Shown here one piece after another: positions 25,791 through 38,540 of a stretch of DNA of 64,000 nucleotides (position 1 is its first letter; every line of letters begins with the position of its first letter). A program made the translations under genes and the position numbers. Under the pieces are notes generated by a model. The model saw nothing but the letters and a program-made list of their open reading frames with translations. It did no database searches and was not told the DNA's origin. This DNA is from Felis catus (lineage: Eukaryota), in NCBI RefSeq assembly GCF_018350175.1, contig NC_058368.1:93808001-93872000 (forward strand), given 5' to 3'.

Positions 25791-26789
25791 TTTAAGCAAC
25801 CGTCAGTCATTTGCACTAATAAAGAATCTGCAGGTGTTTCAGGACTAGGAGACAGAAGAAAACGCAGAGATAGAGGGAAAAAAAGGCTGCCCAAATTGGG
25901 AAACCAGGGGGAAAAAAAAAATCTCACTGCTTCAAAGCATTGCAGAGATCCAGCCTTGAGGGTGGGGTATGTGGCCAGAAACCTTCCTGCAGAATTGAGA
26001 AGGTGAAATCCTGTCAGAGCAGAGTCAGCTCAAAGCATAATGCCAGCTGGACAAAGCATTTGCTTGGACTATCGCACAGGCCTTTAAACAGAAAACAGAA
26101 GGCCTGTGTCCAGATTTGAGAATTTTGTATGGAACATGGGGTCATTTAGCTGCTCCTTAAAACAAGCAAATGTTTTAAAGTAGATCTTATTGCTTCCAAA
26201 ATTATTCTTTATTCTTTGGAGGCTTGCTTTCTTTGGCACCCTGCGGTTTTCTTTTGGTTTCTTGGATTAAAAGAATATGATAAATACAGTCAATGTTTGA
26301 AAAAAAAAAAATCTCAAAGTTACACATTTTCAAGAGAGAGAACTTCTCCCCTTGCGTTTCTGCTGTGAGGCTTTGATACTCGGCCAGGATTTGATTTCGA
26401 GCCATTAATCCATTAGGGTGATATAAAAATCTATGCTCTATGTCCTCTCCTCCCTGACCCACAGCGAGAGGCATTCAACAGAAAAACTAACATTGCAGAT
26501 GAGATGATGCTTCACAGAGCCCGCTGGCAGATTTCAGGGTCAGACGTTTCCAAAAGAGGAAAATTTCCTAGAGAGTTTCTATGTAAAGATCCTGAGCAAG
26601 TCTTTCTCTTTTGACTATTCTGAACCAGTCATCTTCCGTTCTGTAGAGCTGACAGATTAGAACAAGGTGTCAGACTGAGCACATATGCCCACCTCTCCAA
26701 ATCCTTTCAATTAACAGCATATAGCTTAAAAAAAAATAAGTAATACAGTAGTGCTAGAAAACAAGAGCTGCCGTTAAATGGAAGACATT

Positions 26790-27013
26790 TTAAAAAATGT
26801 TTTATGTATTTTGAGAGAGAGAGAGAGAGAGAGACAAAGTGTGAGCAGGGCAGGGGCAGAGAAAGAGGGAGACGCAGAATCGGAAGCAGGCCCCAGGCTC
26901 CGTGCTGTCAGCGCGGAGCCTGACTCGGGGCTCAAACTGATGAACCATGAGATCATGACCTGAGCTGAAACCAAGAGTTGGATGCTTAACCAAGTGAGTC
27001 ACCCAGGCGCCCG
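26790..27013 (-). mobile_element. Feline Can-SINE
   Basis: Reverse-complement SINE. Confidence 0.9.
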
Positions 27014-27459
27014 GGGCCCAAGGATATATCTTAATGAAGGGGAACCTGGGGGCCAGGAGGTGCCCAGTGATCGGTCTCCAGTAAAGATGCTATGAGTGTC
27101 GTGTGAGTGTCCATGAGCCATGCTGGAGCAGGTGCGCACAGACATGGGGCCTTCCTTCCCCATGGTGAGTACCCCCCACTGCCACACCGGGCTGGGGGGC
27201 CCATGTGCTCGGGAGAGGGAAATCCTCAGCTGTTCCTGCTCAGGACCACTGTCCCCCCAGATGGGTGCTGGAAGTGGAGTTCTAGCTGCTCTCCTTTGGG
27301 GAATGAAGCCGAACAGGCTCAAGACCACAGAGCAGGAAAGAAGATGGTGACTTTCCTCCCCAGCAACACGTGACAGGGGCCTTAACCCCTAAAGGGGAAA
27401 TGGGACTGTTTTCTGGAAAGAATGCCGTCTATTTTCCAGTATGAAAAGTATGGTTAATC

Positions 27460-27880
27460 TTTTTTTTTTTTATTTTTTTTTTTATTTTTACAGTTTATTT
27501 ATTTAGGGGCACGTGGGTGGTTCAGTTAGTTAAGCGTCTGACTTTGGCTCAGGTCATGATCTCATGACTCATGGGTTCAAGCCCCACATTGGGCTCTGTG
27601 TTGACAGCTCAGAGCCAGGAGCCTGCTTCGGATTCTATCTTGGTCTCTCTCTACCCCTCCCCTGCTCAAACTGTCTCTCTCTCTCTCTCTCTCTCTCAAA
27701 TATAAATATTAAAAAAAAAGTTTATGTATTTATTTGGGGGGGGGAGGGGCAGAGAGAGAGAGGGAGAAAGAGGGAATCATGGAGCCTGACTTGGGGCTCG
27801 AACTCGCGAACCATGAGATCATAACCTGAGCTGAAACCAAGAATCAGACTCTTAACTGACTGAGCTGGCCAGAAGCCCCC
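27460..27880. mobile_element. Minus-strand SINE with a plus-strand SINE (27506-27719) nested in its tail
   Basis: TSD agtttat(t/g)tattt around the inner element. Confidence 0.88.
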
Positions 27881-28056
27881 AACGTTGTTGGTTAATGTTA
27901 TTTAGATAGTGGCTAAAGGCATAGACACTGTCACCACACTGCATAGAATCTAGTCCTGACTCAGAGCCTTGCAAACTGTGACCATAGGCAAGAGACTCCC
28001 CCTCTTCTCCTCATTGCTTTACTTCCCCGGAAAGTGGATATAAGAAACATAGGCCT

Positions 28057-28278
28057 AGGGCCTCCTGGGTGGCTCAGTCAGTTAAGCATCCGGCTTTGGC
28101 TCAGGTCGTGATCTTGCAGTTTGTGAGTTCAAGCCCCGCCTCGGGCTCTGTGCTGACAGCTGAGAGCCTGGAGCCTCCTTCAGATTCTGTGTTTCCCTCT
28201 CTCTCTGCTCCTCCCCTGTTCGCACTCTGTCTCTCTCTCTCTCTCAAAAATAAACATTAAAAAAAGAACATAAAAAAA
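28057..28278 (+). mobile_element. Feline Can-SINE
   Basis: TSD aagaaacataggcct. Confidence 0.95.
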
Positions 28279-28397
28279 TGAAAGAAACATAGGCCTGATG
28301 TGGATACTAAATAAGTTAGAACAAGGCTATGCACAGGGCAAGCATTCCTAAATTCTCAGCTGGGAATTACTGCCTGATTTCCTAGCACCCCTGCTTT

Positions 28398-28399
<2 letters not shown>

Positions 28400-28440
<41 letters not shown>
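28400..28440 (+). repeat. (CA)n microsatellite
   Basis: About 20 perfect CA units. Confidence 0.98.
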
Positions 28441-28444
<4 letters not shown>

Positions 28445-28952
28445 ATGTGGTGCCTCTTGGAGATGCAGGTACCCATAAGCTTTCTGGGCTTCATGACTCT
28501 CCTGTGATAAGTTGTGGACAGACGGAATAGGAAGCTAGGCATGTAAGCGACCATAGGGAAGGGGCCAGGAGTGTGATCTGTGGATAACGAGGCTAAGCGG
28601 GAGAGAGGAGATGGACCGACAGACACACAGCAGTATCTATGCAAGGACCAGGGAGAAGAGGTATGTACTGAAAGTCACAGCTGTTTTATAGATGGAAAAT
28701 GCCCAACAATGTTCCCTTCCCAGCAACCCCCACAAACTGTCCTCTGGGAAGGTGGTGGAGGAAGGCGTTCTCTCCCCCGATGGCACTGGGGTGTGATATT
28801 GTCTACTTTAGAGACTGGATAGAAAGGCACTTCTGTCCTCTCTGTGCTCTTCACTCCGTATCACTGTCCACATTCACCCCCAAATTTAAGATGGCCTGAA
28901 GACATCACACTGCTCTCCAGGTCAACCACTCCTCTCAACGCTGACTTAATAT

Positions 28953-29835
28953 CGGTGCCCGGGTGGCTCAGTCGGTTAAGCGTCTTACTCTTGTTTCTGG
29001 CTCAGGTCACAATCTCACAGCTTGTGAGATCAAGCCCCACATTGGGCTCTGCGCTGACAGCGTGGAGCCTGCTTGGGATTCTCTCTCTCTTTCTCTCTCT
29101 CTGCCCCTCCCCTGCTCATGCTCTACCTCTCTCCCTCAAAAAAAGTAAATAAAAAACTTAAAAAAAAAAAGCTGACTTAATAAAGAGTAGCATTGTTTTC
29201 AGTTTTGTGGTTCTGAGTGTTGCCTTCTTATTTGACCTGACGATTCCCTCCCCTCCTTTGAAAACAGCCAGGTTAACTGCACGTACTGTGTGAAGCCAGG
29301 CTCCAAATAGGAGCAATGAAATTCATTAGACCTTTGAGGGATGAATTAGCTCAAATCATTTTTTCCCCCAAGAAATGGTACAACAGCTTGAAACCTGATT
29401 CACAGCTACATTCCACGGCTCTCAATATTATGAAATAAATGCGGGCATTCAGTCCTACAGAACTATTTATACCTCACCATCCTAAATCCAAGGAACTTCT
29501 GTCGCTGAACCTGTTCCAGGGATGTGTATGGATTTGAATAATGAATACGGGATGTCCTGAGGAGCACAGAGTCTCTGTCAGAGAACTACTTCATTTCTTA
29601 GAAATAGGCAGCTGGGGGCGCCTGGGTGGCTCAGTCAGTTAAACGTCCGACTTCGGCTCTGGTCATGATCTCACAGGTGGTGGGTTTGAGCCCCACGTCC
29701 GGCTCTGGGCTGACAGCTCGGAGCCTGGAGCCTGCTTTGGACTCTGTGTCTCCCCCTCTCTCTTTGCCCCTCCCCTGCTCATGCTCTGTCTGTCTCTCTC
29801 AAAAATGAATAAACATTCAAAAAAAATTTTTAATG
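28953..29835 (+). mobile_element. Two Can-SINEs (28953-29170 and 29614-29835)
   Basis: TSDs gctgacttaata and agaaataggcagctgg. Confidence 0.92.
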
Positions 29836-30153
29836 AAAAGAAATAGGCAGCTGGGAATTGGCCACAATACACCTTTTCCCCCAAGGCTTGTTGTGTTGTA
29901 GGGAAGAACGGACAGCCATTGCCCAGCAGGTACCTCCATACACAATACTATACCTTGAAAGAGGGTGGGGTGTTTACTGCCAATCTTATCTGCCTATGAT
30001 TTTTCTCTTCCCAAGTACAGGAGATACCAATGTTGCAGATGAACATAGTAAGAACCTGAGGGTCTGTGTTCATTCCTGAAAACATAGAAACACTGCTTCT
30101 GAATTCATCTGTATAATAACTGGAATACTCACTGATCACATTAGTGGATTATG

Positions 30154-30154
<1 letters not shown>

Positions 30155-30185
<31 letters not shown>

Positions 30186-30467
30186 TTAATTCTTTAAGAG
30201 AGAAAGAGTGTGAGTGAGGGAGGGGTGGAGAGCAAAGGAGAGAGAATTAAAAATTTTTTTTTAATGTTTATTTATTTTTGAGAGAGAGAGAGAGAGAGAG
30301 AGTATAAGCGGGGCAGGAGCAGAGAGAGAGGGAGACACAGAATCCGAAGGAGGCTCAGGCTCTGAGTTGTGAGCACAAAGCCTGACACAGGATCGAACGC
30401 ACCAACCATGAGATCATGACCTGAGCCAAAGTCAGACGCTTAACTGAATGAGACACCCAGGTGCCCC
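30155..30467 (-). mobile_element. Can-SINE plus a second SINE tail fragment and (ATT)n
   Basis: SINE body 30255-30467; SINE-like remnant 30155-30250. Confidence 0.8.
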
Positions 30468-30696
30468 AGGAATATGTATTTTTAACAAGCTTCCTGAGTG
30501 GTTCTGATGGTAACGTTGAAGGAGTTTAAGATTGGCTGAAATCGTTGCTCCTTTCTAGACACCCAAAGGGACAGCTTGACAAGCTCCTGGAGAAAAACAG
30601 TGATTCCATTTTAATAGGGATGGGAAGAAAGGAGTAAGTAATTATTGAGCATGTAAAATGTGTCAGAAACTGTGCTAGTTAAAAATAGACACGTTA

Positions 30697-31540
30697 GTGG
30701 CTCCTGGGGGGCTCAGTCAGTTGAGCGTCTGTCTCTTGATTTTGGCTCAGTCTTGATCCCAGGGCTGTGGGATTGAGCCTCGAGTGGGGCTCCATGCTGA
30801 GCATTGAGCATGCTTGAGATTCTCTCTTTCTCTCTGTCCCTCCCCCACTCATGCACACACGCATGCTCTCTAAAATTAAAAACAAACAAACAAACACACG
30901 TTTGATTCAAACATTACAACTCTTTGTTGAGGTGATCAGTTTACAGTCAAAAACAAGTGGAGCCAGGAGGCATACCCAACATTCTAGAATTTGATCACCA
31001 TGCCTGACACCCACCTCCCAGAGCTGGGAGCTGAACCTATGGCTGCACGGAGTCCAGGGAATGGGTAGATGTATTTGCTGGAGGGAACTTATGGTGGTAC
31101 TAAGTCTCTGGGATGCCTCATCATTTTGATGACCAGTCTAAGCTCGCCATGCACAGGCACTTTATGAAATGGCCTTTTGGTTCCACATGTGCTTGGTGAG
31201 AAACACGGATGGAGGACAGGACATACTGTCATCAGTAAACTTTTTCAAACAAGCATATCACTCATCATTTACTGACAATATGCACTGGTCGCCACGCTAA
31301 GCAGTGTTCAGAATTTACTACCTCATGGGGTGCCTGGGTGGCACAATTGGTTAAGTTGTCCGACTCTTGATTTTGGCTCAGGTCATGATCTCATGGTTCT
31401 TGGGATCGAGCCCCGTGTTGGGCTGTGCACTAACATCACAGAACTTGCTTGAGATTCTCTCCCTCTCTCTGCCCCTCCCCCGCTCACTCAATCTCACTCT
31501 GTCTCTCTCAAAATAAATAAACTTAAAAAAAAAAAAAAAG
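30697..31540 (+). mobile_element. Two Can-SINEs (30697-30895 and 31327-31540) with MIR remnants
   Basis: SINE heads and tails; TSD agaatttact on the second. Confidence 0.88.
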
Positions 31541-32189
31541 AATTTACTCTTCATAATGGCCTATGAGCAGGTGCTATTGTCTCTACTTTTTTGTTAAGGA
31601 ACAGAAACGTTGCTTAGTGTGAAACGTGTGCACGCTCACACAGCTAGCAAGCAGCAGAGGCTGGGAAGGCTGTTGGGCTCCGAAGTCCACTGGAGTCCCA
31701 CACACTGGAACTGATGCAGCCAAGCTCCGCTTCTGCCATGATACTTGAGCAGAGGTGTTGCTGTAGGTTTAGAGAAAACCATCCATCTCTTGGTATAACG
31801 TTAAATAATGGGTTTGAGTAGCTATGGATCTCTTCTGTTGAACATTTTCAGTCTTCCTCTTTTCCCCAACAAGCCAATCCCCCTTTCTCCACACTCTTAA
31901 ATGTCCATTTAATTTCAGGTGAGGAGACATTATCTTGTTGTCAATGAGTGTTGTGTTTTGTTTTCCATGGACATGATAGAGTTTATACCAATCGGTGTCA
32001 TTTGTAAGACAGTTAGAGCTGCCTCAGGTATCGGTGAATACTTCACTGTCAATTGTCCACATGGATAGTGATTATATATAATAAGTTTACCTCATCAAAA
32101 AAAAAAAAGTTTACCTCATTTATTAAGACTCCTGGTATATAGCCCAGGAACATTTGGTCTCCTACCAACCTATCATACACAGTGCAGCT

Positions 32190-32407
32190 CTTTTTTTTTT
32201 TTAATGTTCATTTATTTCTGAGAGAGAGAGAGAGAGAGGGAGGGAGGGAGGAGCAGAGAAAGAGACAGAGAGAGAAATAATCCCAAGCAGGCTCCACACT
32301 GGCAGTTCAGAGCCCGATGCAGGGCTCAAACCCACAAACCGTGAGATCATGATGTGAGCTGAAATCAAGTGTTGGACACCTAACCAACTGAACTACCCAC
32401 ATGCCCC
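32190..32407 (-). mobile_element. Can-SINE flanked by a long direct repeat
   Basis: Reverse-complement SINE between 32126-32192 and 32408-32476. Confidence 0.9.
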
Positions 32408-32555
32408 AGCACTTCCGATATATGAGCCCGAGAACATTTGGTCCCCCACTAACCTATCATACATAGTGCAACTCTTACTCTAACATAGGACTAGTCAAAT
32501 GCTCCAAGTAAGAAAAACTAAACTTACCTCTTTTACTCATTTACCACCAAACAAC

Positions 32556-33037
32556 TGTTGGGAGATAATTCTCCATGGGGTCTCTCAAAATTCTGCACTT
32601 GTTGTGAACGGTGGCACTGGCTGTCTTTGTTCCAAAATATCTTTTCAAGGATGTTTGTACACAGAACAGCCTTGGAAAACAGAGATCATGTCTCCTTCCG
32701 GAGCAAAGGGCAGGCGTGTTTACCATGCTGCATAAAATACTGGGCCTTCTTAAGCTCAGGGTTCCTCTCTTGTAATGCAACTCACGGCACATGGACATGT
32801 CACTGGGTCTTCTCGGAATCATCCTGCGGACCTCAAGAACCTGAAACAAGAAAATACTGATCCTCTGGCTACTGCTAATGCTATGAGTAATAAGGTTCTG
32901 TATCTCTGACAGAGATCCATTTTTGCCAAGAGATCCATTTTTGTCGTGTCTTTTGCCAAGATCCGTTAAGCTATGGAAGGCTATGTAAAGCTTGCAAGGG
33001 GTGTGAAATCTCAGACCCTTCACAGTTCTTGAGGACA
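32556..33037 (+). mobile_element. MER34-like ERV1 solo LTR
   Basis: tgttgggagataattctccatggggtctct start; gcttgcaag...aaatctcagacccttcacagttcttga..ca end; flanks acaac/gcaac. Confidence 0.75.
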
Positions 33038-33189
33038 GCAACGCCATTATTATTGTTTCTAAGGTTGGTAAGCACCGTTTGTTGAGCACCTAGTGTGAAT
33101 CAGTGAACCAAACTCTATTCTAAGTAGTGGGCTATATGATTTCATCTGATCCTCACTGGACTGTTGTTTAGGAGATAGCATTGACTCTG

Positions 33190-33985
33190 AGTGTATTCTG
33201 ACTTTTGTTCTAATATCCACCCCTCTCTTATCCAGCAAGGAAGTCCTCCCTCCCTCTAACCTTAGCGGGGAGCCTATTCCCTTTGCAGATGACCAGTTTT
33301 TGAACTTTATTCTAAGTTTTATTCTAAACAAGGCCATGACACTCCCCTGGTCATAGAAACTGGTCAGGAAATGAACACATTTATCCAGATGGGGCAAAAG
33401 GAGCTGGGGGACACTGAACTAGGGACCTCTGGGAAAGAAATTTCCTTGCTCGGACATAAAGCCAAAGGGAAAGACCGGCTCTACTCCTTCAAATGTTGAC
33501 ATGTGTCAGCATTTAATTGATACGCATTTATCACAATGGATGCTGGACACAACCCAACAGGGTCTAAAGTTCCCTACTGTGCCAAATATCACTCTGTTAG
33601 TGCTGGACCTGGGGCGAAGTCCTGGGGCGAGGTGCTAAAGCAGCTGATGCTCAAGGCACTTAGCGGGTTCAAAGCAATGTCTACCTAGCAACTGGTACCA
33701 AAGTATCTTAATATGCTAATAACTGATACGGCTATCCTCAGCTGTGCAGGTGTGAAGCCTGGAACTGACCATCCTTCTGACCACCCATCAGAGAAAGAAG
33801 CTCACATAGGAGGGTGCAGCCAACACCATCCCAGGGAGACGGCAAGAGAGCCACTGGACCAAGCTGACCCTGACAGTTGCCCTCCCTCCTCTAGACTTTT
33901 TCAATGAATAGACTACAGACTCCCTTTTCATTTCACGTAAGCTAGCTTGCATTTGGATTTCAGCAACCTGCAGTCAAAAGCATCC
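33190..33985 (+). mobile_element. Ancient MaLR/ERVL LTR fragments (MLT1-like)
   Basis: tggtcaggaaatgaacacat; gtgaagcctggaactg; 3' end gctagcttgcatttggattttcagcaacctgca. Confidence 0.45.
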
Positions 33986-33988
33986 ACG

Positions 33989-34152
33989 AGGAGTGCCTGG
34001 GTGGCTCACTTGGTTGAGTGTCCGACTTGGGCTCAGGTCATGATCTCACTGCTCGTGGGTTTGAGCCCCACGTCAGACTCTCTGCTAGCAGCCTAGATCC
34101 TGGAGCCTACTTTGGATTCTGTTTCCATCTCTCTGTCCCTCCCCTGCTCGTG

Positions 34153-34183
<31 letters not shown>

Positions 34184-34220
34184 AAATATAAAATAAAACA
34201 TTAAAAAAAAAAAAAAAAAA
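33989..34220 (+). mobile_element. Feline Can-SINE
   Basis: TSD aaaagcatccac. Confidence 0.93.
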
Positions 34221-34919
34221 GCATCCACCGAAACATGAGGTAACTAGTCCAGGACCTCAGAGCAAGTAAATAGCCACATTAGAACTGAAAATCAAGTCTC
34301 TCTGGCTTAAATGTCCCTGCTTTTTCTGATGCACCACACTGTTCCCAAGTATCAGATGAATATGCAAAAGTTATTTGCAAACTGTAAAGGCCATATTCAA
34401 ATTTTAGCTTCTGAGACTAAGAACTCCCAGAAAAATACAAAGAGGCCAATGTTTCCTTCCTGATTATCACTGAGAGTTTTTCCCACCCCCAACTGGAAAC
34501 ATCTAGCTTCATGATAAGCATACTATCATAGAGAAAGGAAAATATAAGAAATTATATCTGCTGTTCAAATTATTTTCTGGGAACACTGGTGGTACATCTG
34601 ACAGTGGAAATCAAACCGGATGACCAGAAACCTGTTCCAGGAAAGGCCTCTCACATTATCACCACCTTGAGAGCACACAGGAGCAAGTTCTGGATTCATC
34701 CCAGGAATATTTTGAACACTGTCATCAACGTGTCCATGTTGTCATAACACCTCCTAGATGCCTGCACAGGGAGAATTGGCTTCCTTTTCATCTCACAGTC
34801 ACCCCAGAGGACAAAAATTAACAAGTGATTTAGAAAAAGAAAATACTAGAACTTTGCATATTTCTTTGCTCGATCAAGAATCCATGTAAACGAAGACAAT
34901 ACATTTGCATCTAGTTTAA

Positions 34920-35123
34920 AAAATTTTTTTTTAATGTTTATTTAATGGAGACAGAAAGCATGAGTGGAAGAGGGACAGAGAGAGGGAGACACAGAATCCG
35001 AAACAGGCTCCAGGCTCTGAGCTGTCAGCACAGAGCCCAGCACGGGGCTGGAACCCATGAACTGTGAGTTCACGACCTGAGCTGAAGTCAGACACTTAAC
35101 CAACTAAGCTACCCAGGCGCCCC
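34920..35123 (-). mobile_element. Feline Can-SINE
   Basis: TSD tgcatctagtttaa. Confidence 0.93.
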
Positions 35124-35519
35124 TGCATCTAGTTTAATTAATGGTCTTTGAATGTTTTCCGATAATCTAATCTACATGCTTTTTAAAAATAATTCAACTG
35201 TTAATTTTCTGGAGGTGATGTCAAGTAAAATTTTTCTTTCAAAATGATGAACACCTCAGCTATCGATGTTTACCAATTTAGATTTGTTTTTACATATGTT
35301 ATAGGAAAATAAAAATTACTGAAAATCTGCCTGTGGTGTAATTAGAAATACAACTTTGGAAAATGAAGTGATGGGTAAGTTATATTCTTCCTGACCCATT
35401 TTACCACTAGGAGAATAAAGGCAGTTCATAAATTCAGGTGATACCCACATATCTCTTGGGTATTCCTAAATTTTTGAATTTTTGGAGTTACATCTCATTT
35501 AATTTTCAAATAGAATGCT

Positions 35520-36182
35520 TTAAAAAATTTTTATGTTTATTTTTGAGAGAGAGACAGAGACAGAGTGTGAGCAGGGGAGGAACAGAGAGACAGGGAAACA
35601 CAGAATCTGAAGCAGGCTCCAGGCCCTGAGCTGTCAGCACAGAGCCTGACATGGGGCTCGAACTCACAAACTGTGAGATCATGACCCAAGCTGAAGTCGG
35701 ACGCTTTAACCGACTGAGCCACCCAGGCACCCCTAGAGTGCCTTTTTTAAAAAAATATTTTGGGGCACCTGGGTGGCTCAGTCGGTTAAGCGTCTGACTT
35801 CAGCTCAGGTCACGATCTCACACTCCGTGAGTTCGAGCCCCGCGTCAGGCTCTGGGCTGATGGCTCAGAGCCTGGAGCCTGCTTCCAGTTCTGTGTCTCC
35901 CTCTCTCTCTCTGCCCCTCCCCCATTCATGCTCTGTCTCTCTCTGTCTCAAAAATAAATAAACGTTAAAAAAAATTAAAAAAAATAAAGACTAACTAGTT
36001 ATTAAAAAAATATATATTTTATTTATTTTTGAGAGAGGAGCATGAATGGGGGAGGCACAGAAAGGGGGACAGAGGATCCGAAGCGGGTTCAATGCTTACA
36101 GGAGTGAGCCTGATGAGGGGCTGTGAGATCACGACCTGAGCCAAAGTCAGACAGTCAACCAACAGAGCCACACAGGCACCCC
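35520..36182. mobile_element. Three-SINE nest: 35520-35733(-), 35762-35985(+), 36015-36182(-)
   Basis: Outer repeat tcaaatagaatg at ~35506 and ~36183. Confidence 0.9.
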
Positions 36183-36707
36183 TCAAATAGAATGTTTGAA
36201 TGACCATCCTGGGTTTCCCTAGATATTTCCAAGGTTCTTAAAAGCTTACACGTCTCCAGCCGTCTTTGGTTCAATCGTTCCCTTCTGCTGTATTCTTAAT
36301 TTCTGTTTCAGTCTTCCATCTGTGACTCATAGAGACCCTTCTCAGGTAACACTGCCTCATGCTGGCCATTAACATACCCTCCAAGGCACCACTAACATAA
36401 AGCTATGTATCCGAGTTTACTGATGGTCTCCACATTTCAGGAGAGAATTCAAATACAACAATGTCCACCACTACCTTCAACCTGGAACTCTTTCTGGAAT
36501 CTAAGGCAAAAAAGTTAAACCCTCAGCAGATATGTCCAGCTTCCTAGCCTTTGTGCCCGCATCAAGGTCTACCCTGCTCTCATTTGTGGGAGAGAGCACC
36601 CTTTATAAATATTCCGCCCAACTTTAAGAATGTTCCACTCACTACATACAGGAGTTGGTTTCCCTTTGGGACTCATTAGACACCTTTAGACACAAGAATA
36701 GATTTCC

Positions 36708-36930
36708 AGGGGCACCTGGGTGGCTCAGGTGGTTAAGCGCCAACTTCAGCTCAGGTCATGATCTCACTGCTTGTGAGTTTGAGCCCCACAGCAGCTTCTG
36801 TGCTGACAGCTCAGAGCTTGGATACTGCTTCAATTTCTGTCTCTGTCTTGCTTTGCTCCTCCTCTGCTCATGCTCTGTCTCTCTCTTTCCCTCAAAAATA
36901 AATAAACATTAAAATAAATTTTAAAAAAAA
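36708..36930 (+). mobile_element. Feline Can-SINE
   Basis: TSD aagaa(t/c)agatttcca. Confidence 0.92.
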
Positions 36931-37479
36931 GAACAGATTTCCAAAGTCTGAGCTGTGTTGGAACCAGTGAGATGGTGCTTAACACACATTGGGGAACAAC
37001 ACAGGATAAATGCAGGCTGTTGGCATGATAAATGCAGTCTATGTGGAAGTTTCTGGGCCTCAACTTCAGAGTGACTATAAAGTGTAAGGAAGCTCTATAT
37101 GGTATCCTACAGCTGAGAGAGTTCTCACAGGGGAAAAGACAAATATGAAAGGAGTTCAGGCCTCACTGGAGAAGGTGTAGTTCTGCCCACTGGATAGTAG
37201 AGAAGTTCACTGGTTTGTGCCAACTAGAGTTGGTCTGCAGTCACTGGGTAGGTGGAAGCAGGTGACTGCAGGGGACCAGCATCCATTGGTGTGGGTGTGC
37301 AGAGGGAGTGGGGCCTTGATGGGAGCCCTCCAGGCCACAGGTGACCTGGGTTTTGGGGGTCTGCAGAGGGGATAAGGGTGCAAGTGTGGGCAGGAAGCCC
37401 AGAAGGTGTGGGTTTCCATGTTTAGAGGCAGGAGGGTGATGACCTACACTTCTGTGTGTCCATCTGAAATAATGTTCTC

Positions 37480-38540
37480 TTTGCCTGAAAAACTTCACTT
37501 AGTAATTCTTAGTTCACGTCTGTTGGGGACAGATTTTCTCAGACTTTGTTTACCTGGAATTTGCTATTTTGTCTTCATCTGTGGAGAATATCCTTGCTTG
37601 TATAGATTTCTAGGTTGGCGACTGTTTTGTTGTCGTACTTTAAAGATGCCATCATGTTGTCTTCTGACTTCTGGTGTATCTCTTGGGAACCAATTTGCCG
37701 TTCTCGCTCCTCTGAAGGTAGTGCCTAGTTTTCTAGCTTCCTTTTCTCCCCTCTTCCTTCTTTCTTCCTCCTCCCTCTGTTTTCAAAGATTTTGGCTTTG
37801 CCATTTTTCGCAGCATCACTATGATGTGCCTAATTGTGGTTTTCTTTGTATGTATCCACTCTGGAGCTTAGAGAGCTTATTAAAATCGGCCTTTCAGCTT
37901 AAAAAAAAATTTTTTTTTAATGTTTACATATTTTTGAGAGAGAGAGAGCATGAGCAGGGGAGGGGCAGAGAGAGAGGGAGAGAGGACCAGAAGTGGGCTC
38001 TGTGCTGACCACAGAGTGTGACGCGGGACTCAAACTCACAAACCATGAAATTGTGACCTGAGCCAAAGTCAGACGTTTAACAGACTGAGCCACCCAGGCA
38101 CCCCAGAGAGCTTTCTGAATTTGTGGCGGAATGTATTTTATCACTTTTGGAAAATTCTTGGCCATTATCTCTTCAAACACTGCTTCTGCTCCTGTACCTT
38201 CTCTTCCTGCCTTGCATTCATTGTAGGAATCCAATTGCACTTGTGTTAGGCCTTTTCACCATACTGCGTCTGTACCTTCATCATATCCCATACATTCAAT
38301 CTATTTTTTTAACATATTAATTACACTTGACACAGTGTTTGTGCCTCACAATTTCAATAACTGGCTCATCTGTGGGTCTCTTCCTATTGTCTGTTTTTTC
38401 TCCTTTTGGTCTTGTTTCTTGATATGCTTGGAACTCAAAAAAATTCAATGCTGGGCATTGGGCATACAAAATCATGGAGGCTTTGGAAGATACTGTACTC
38501 CTCCAGAGAAAGATTTACAGTATTCTCTATGGCAGGTGCA
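37480..38540 (-). mobile_element. Ancient L1M 5'/ORF1-region fragment containing a SINE at 37905-38104(-)
   Basis: Degenerate antisense ORF1 (EAVFEEIMAKNFPKVIK in the 37917..38240 ORF). Confidence 0.7.

Noticed and set aside
32541..33089. 182-aa minus-strand ORF
   Set aside because: Lies antisense across the MER34-like LTR; no gag, pol or env motifs
37406..38008. 200-aa plus-strand ORF
   Set aside because: Antisense to a decayed L1M and runs into a SINE; no recognisable domain
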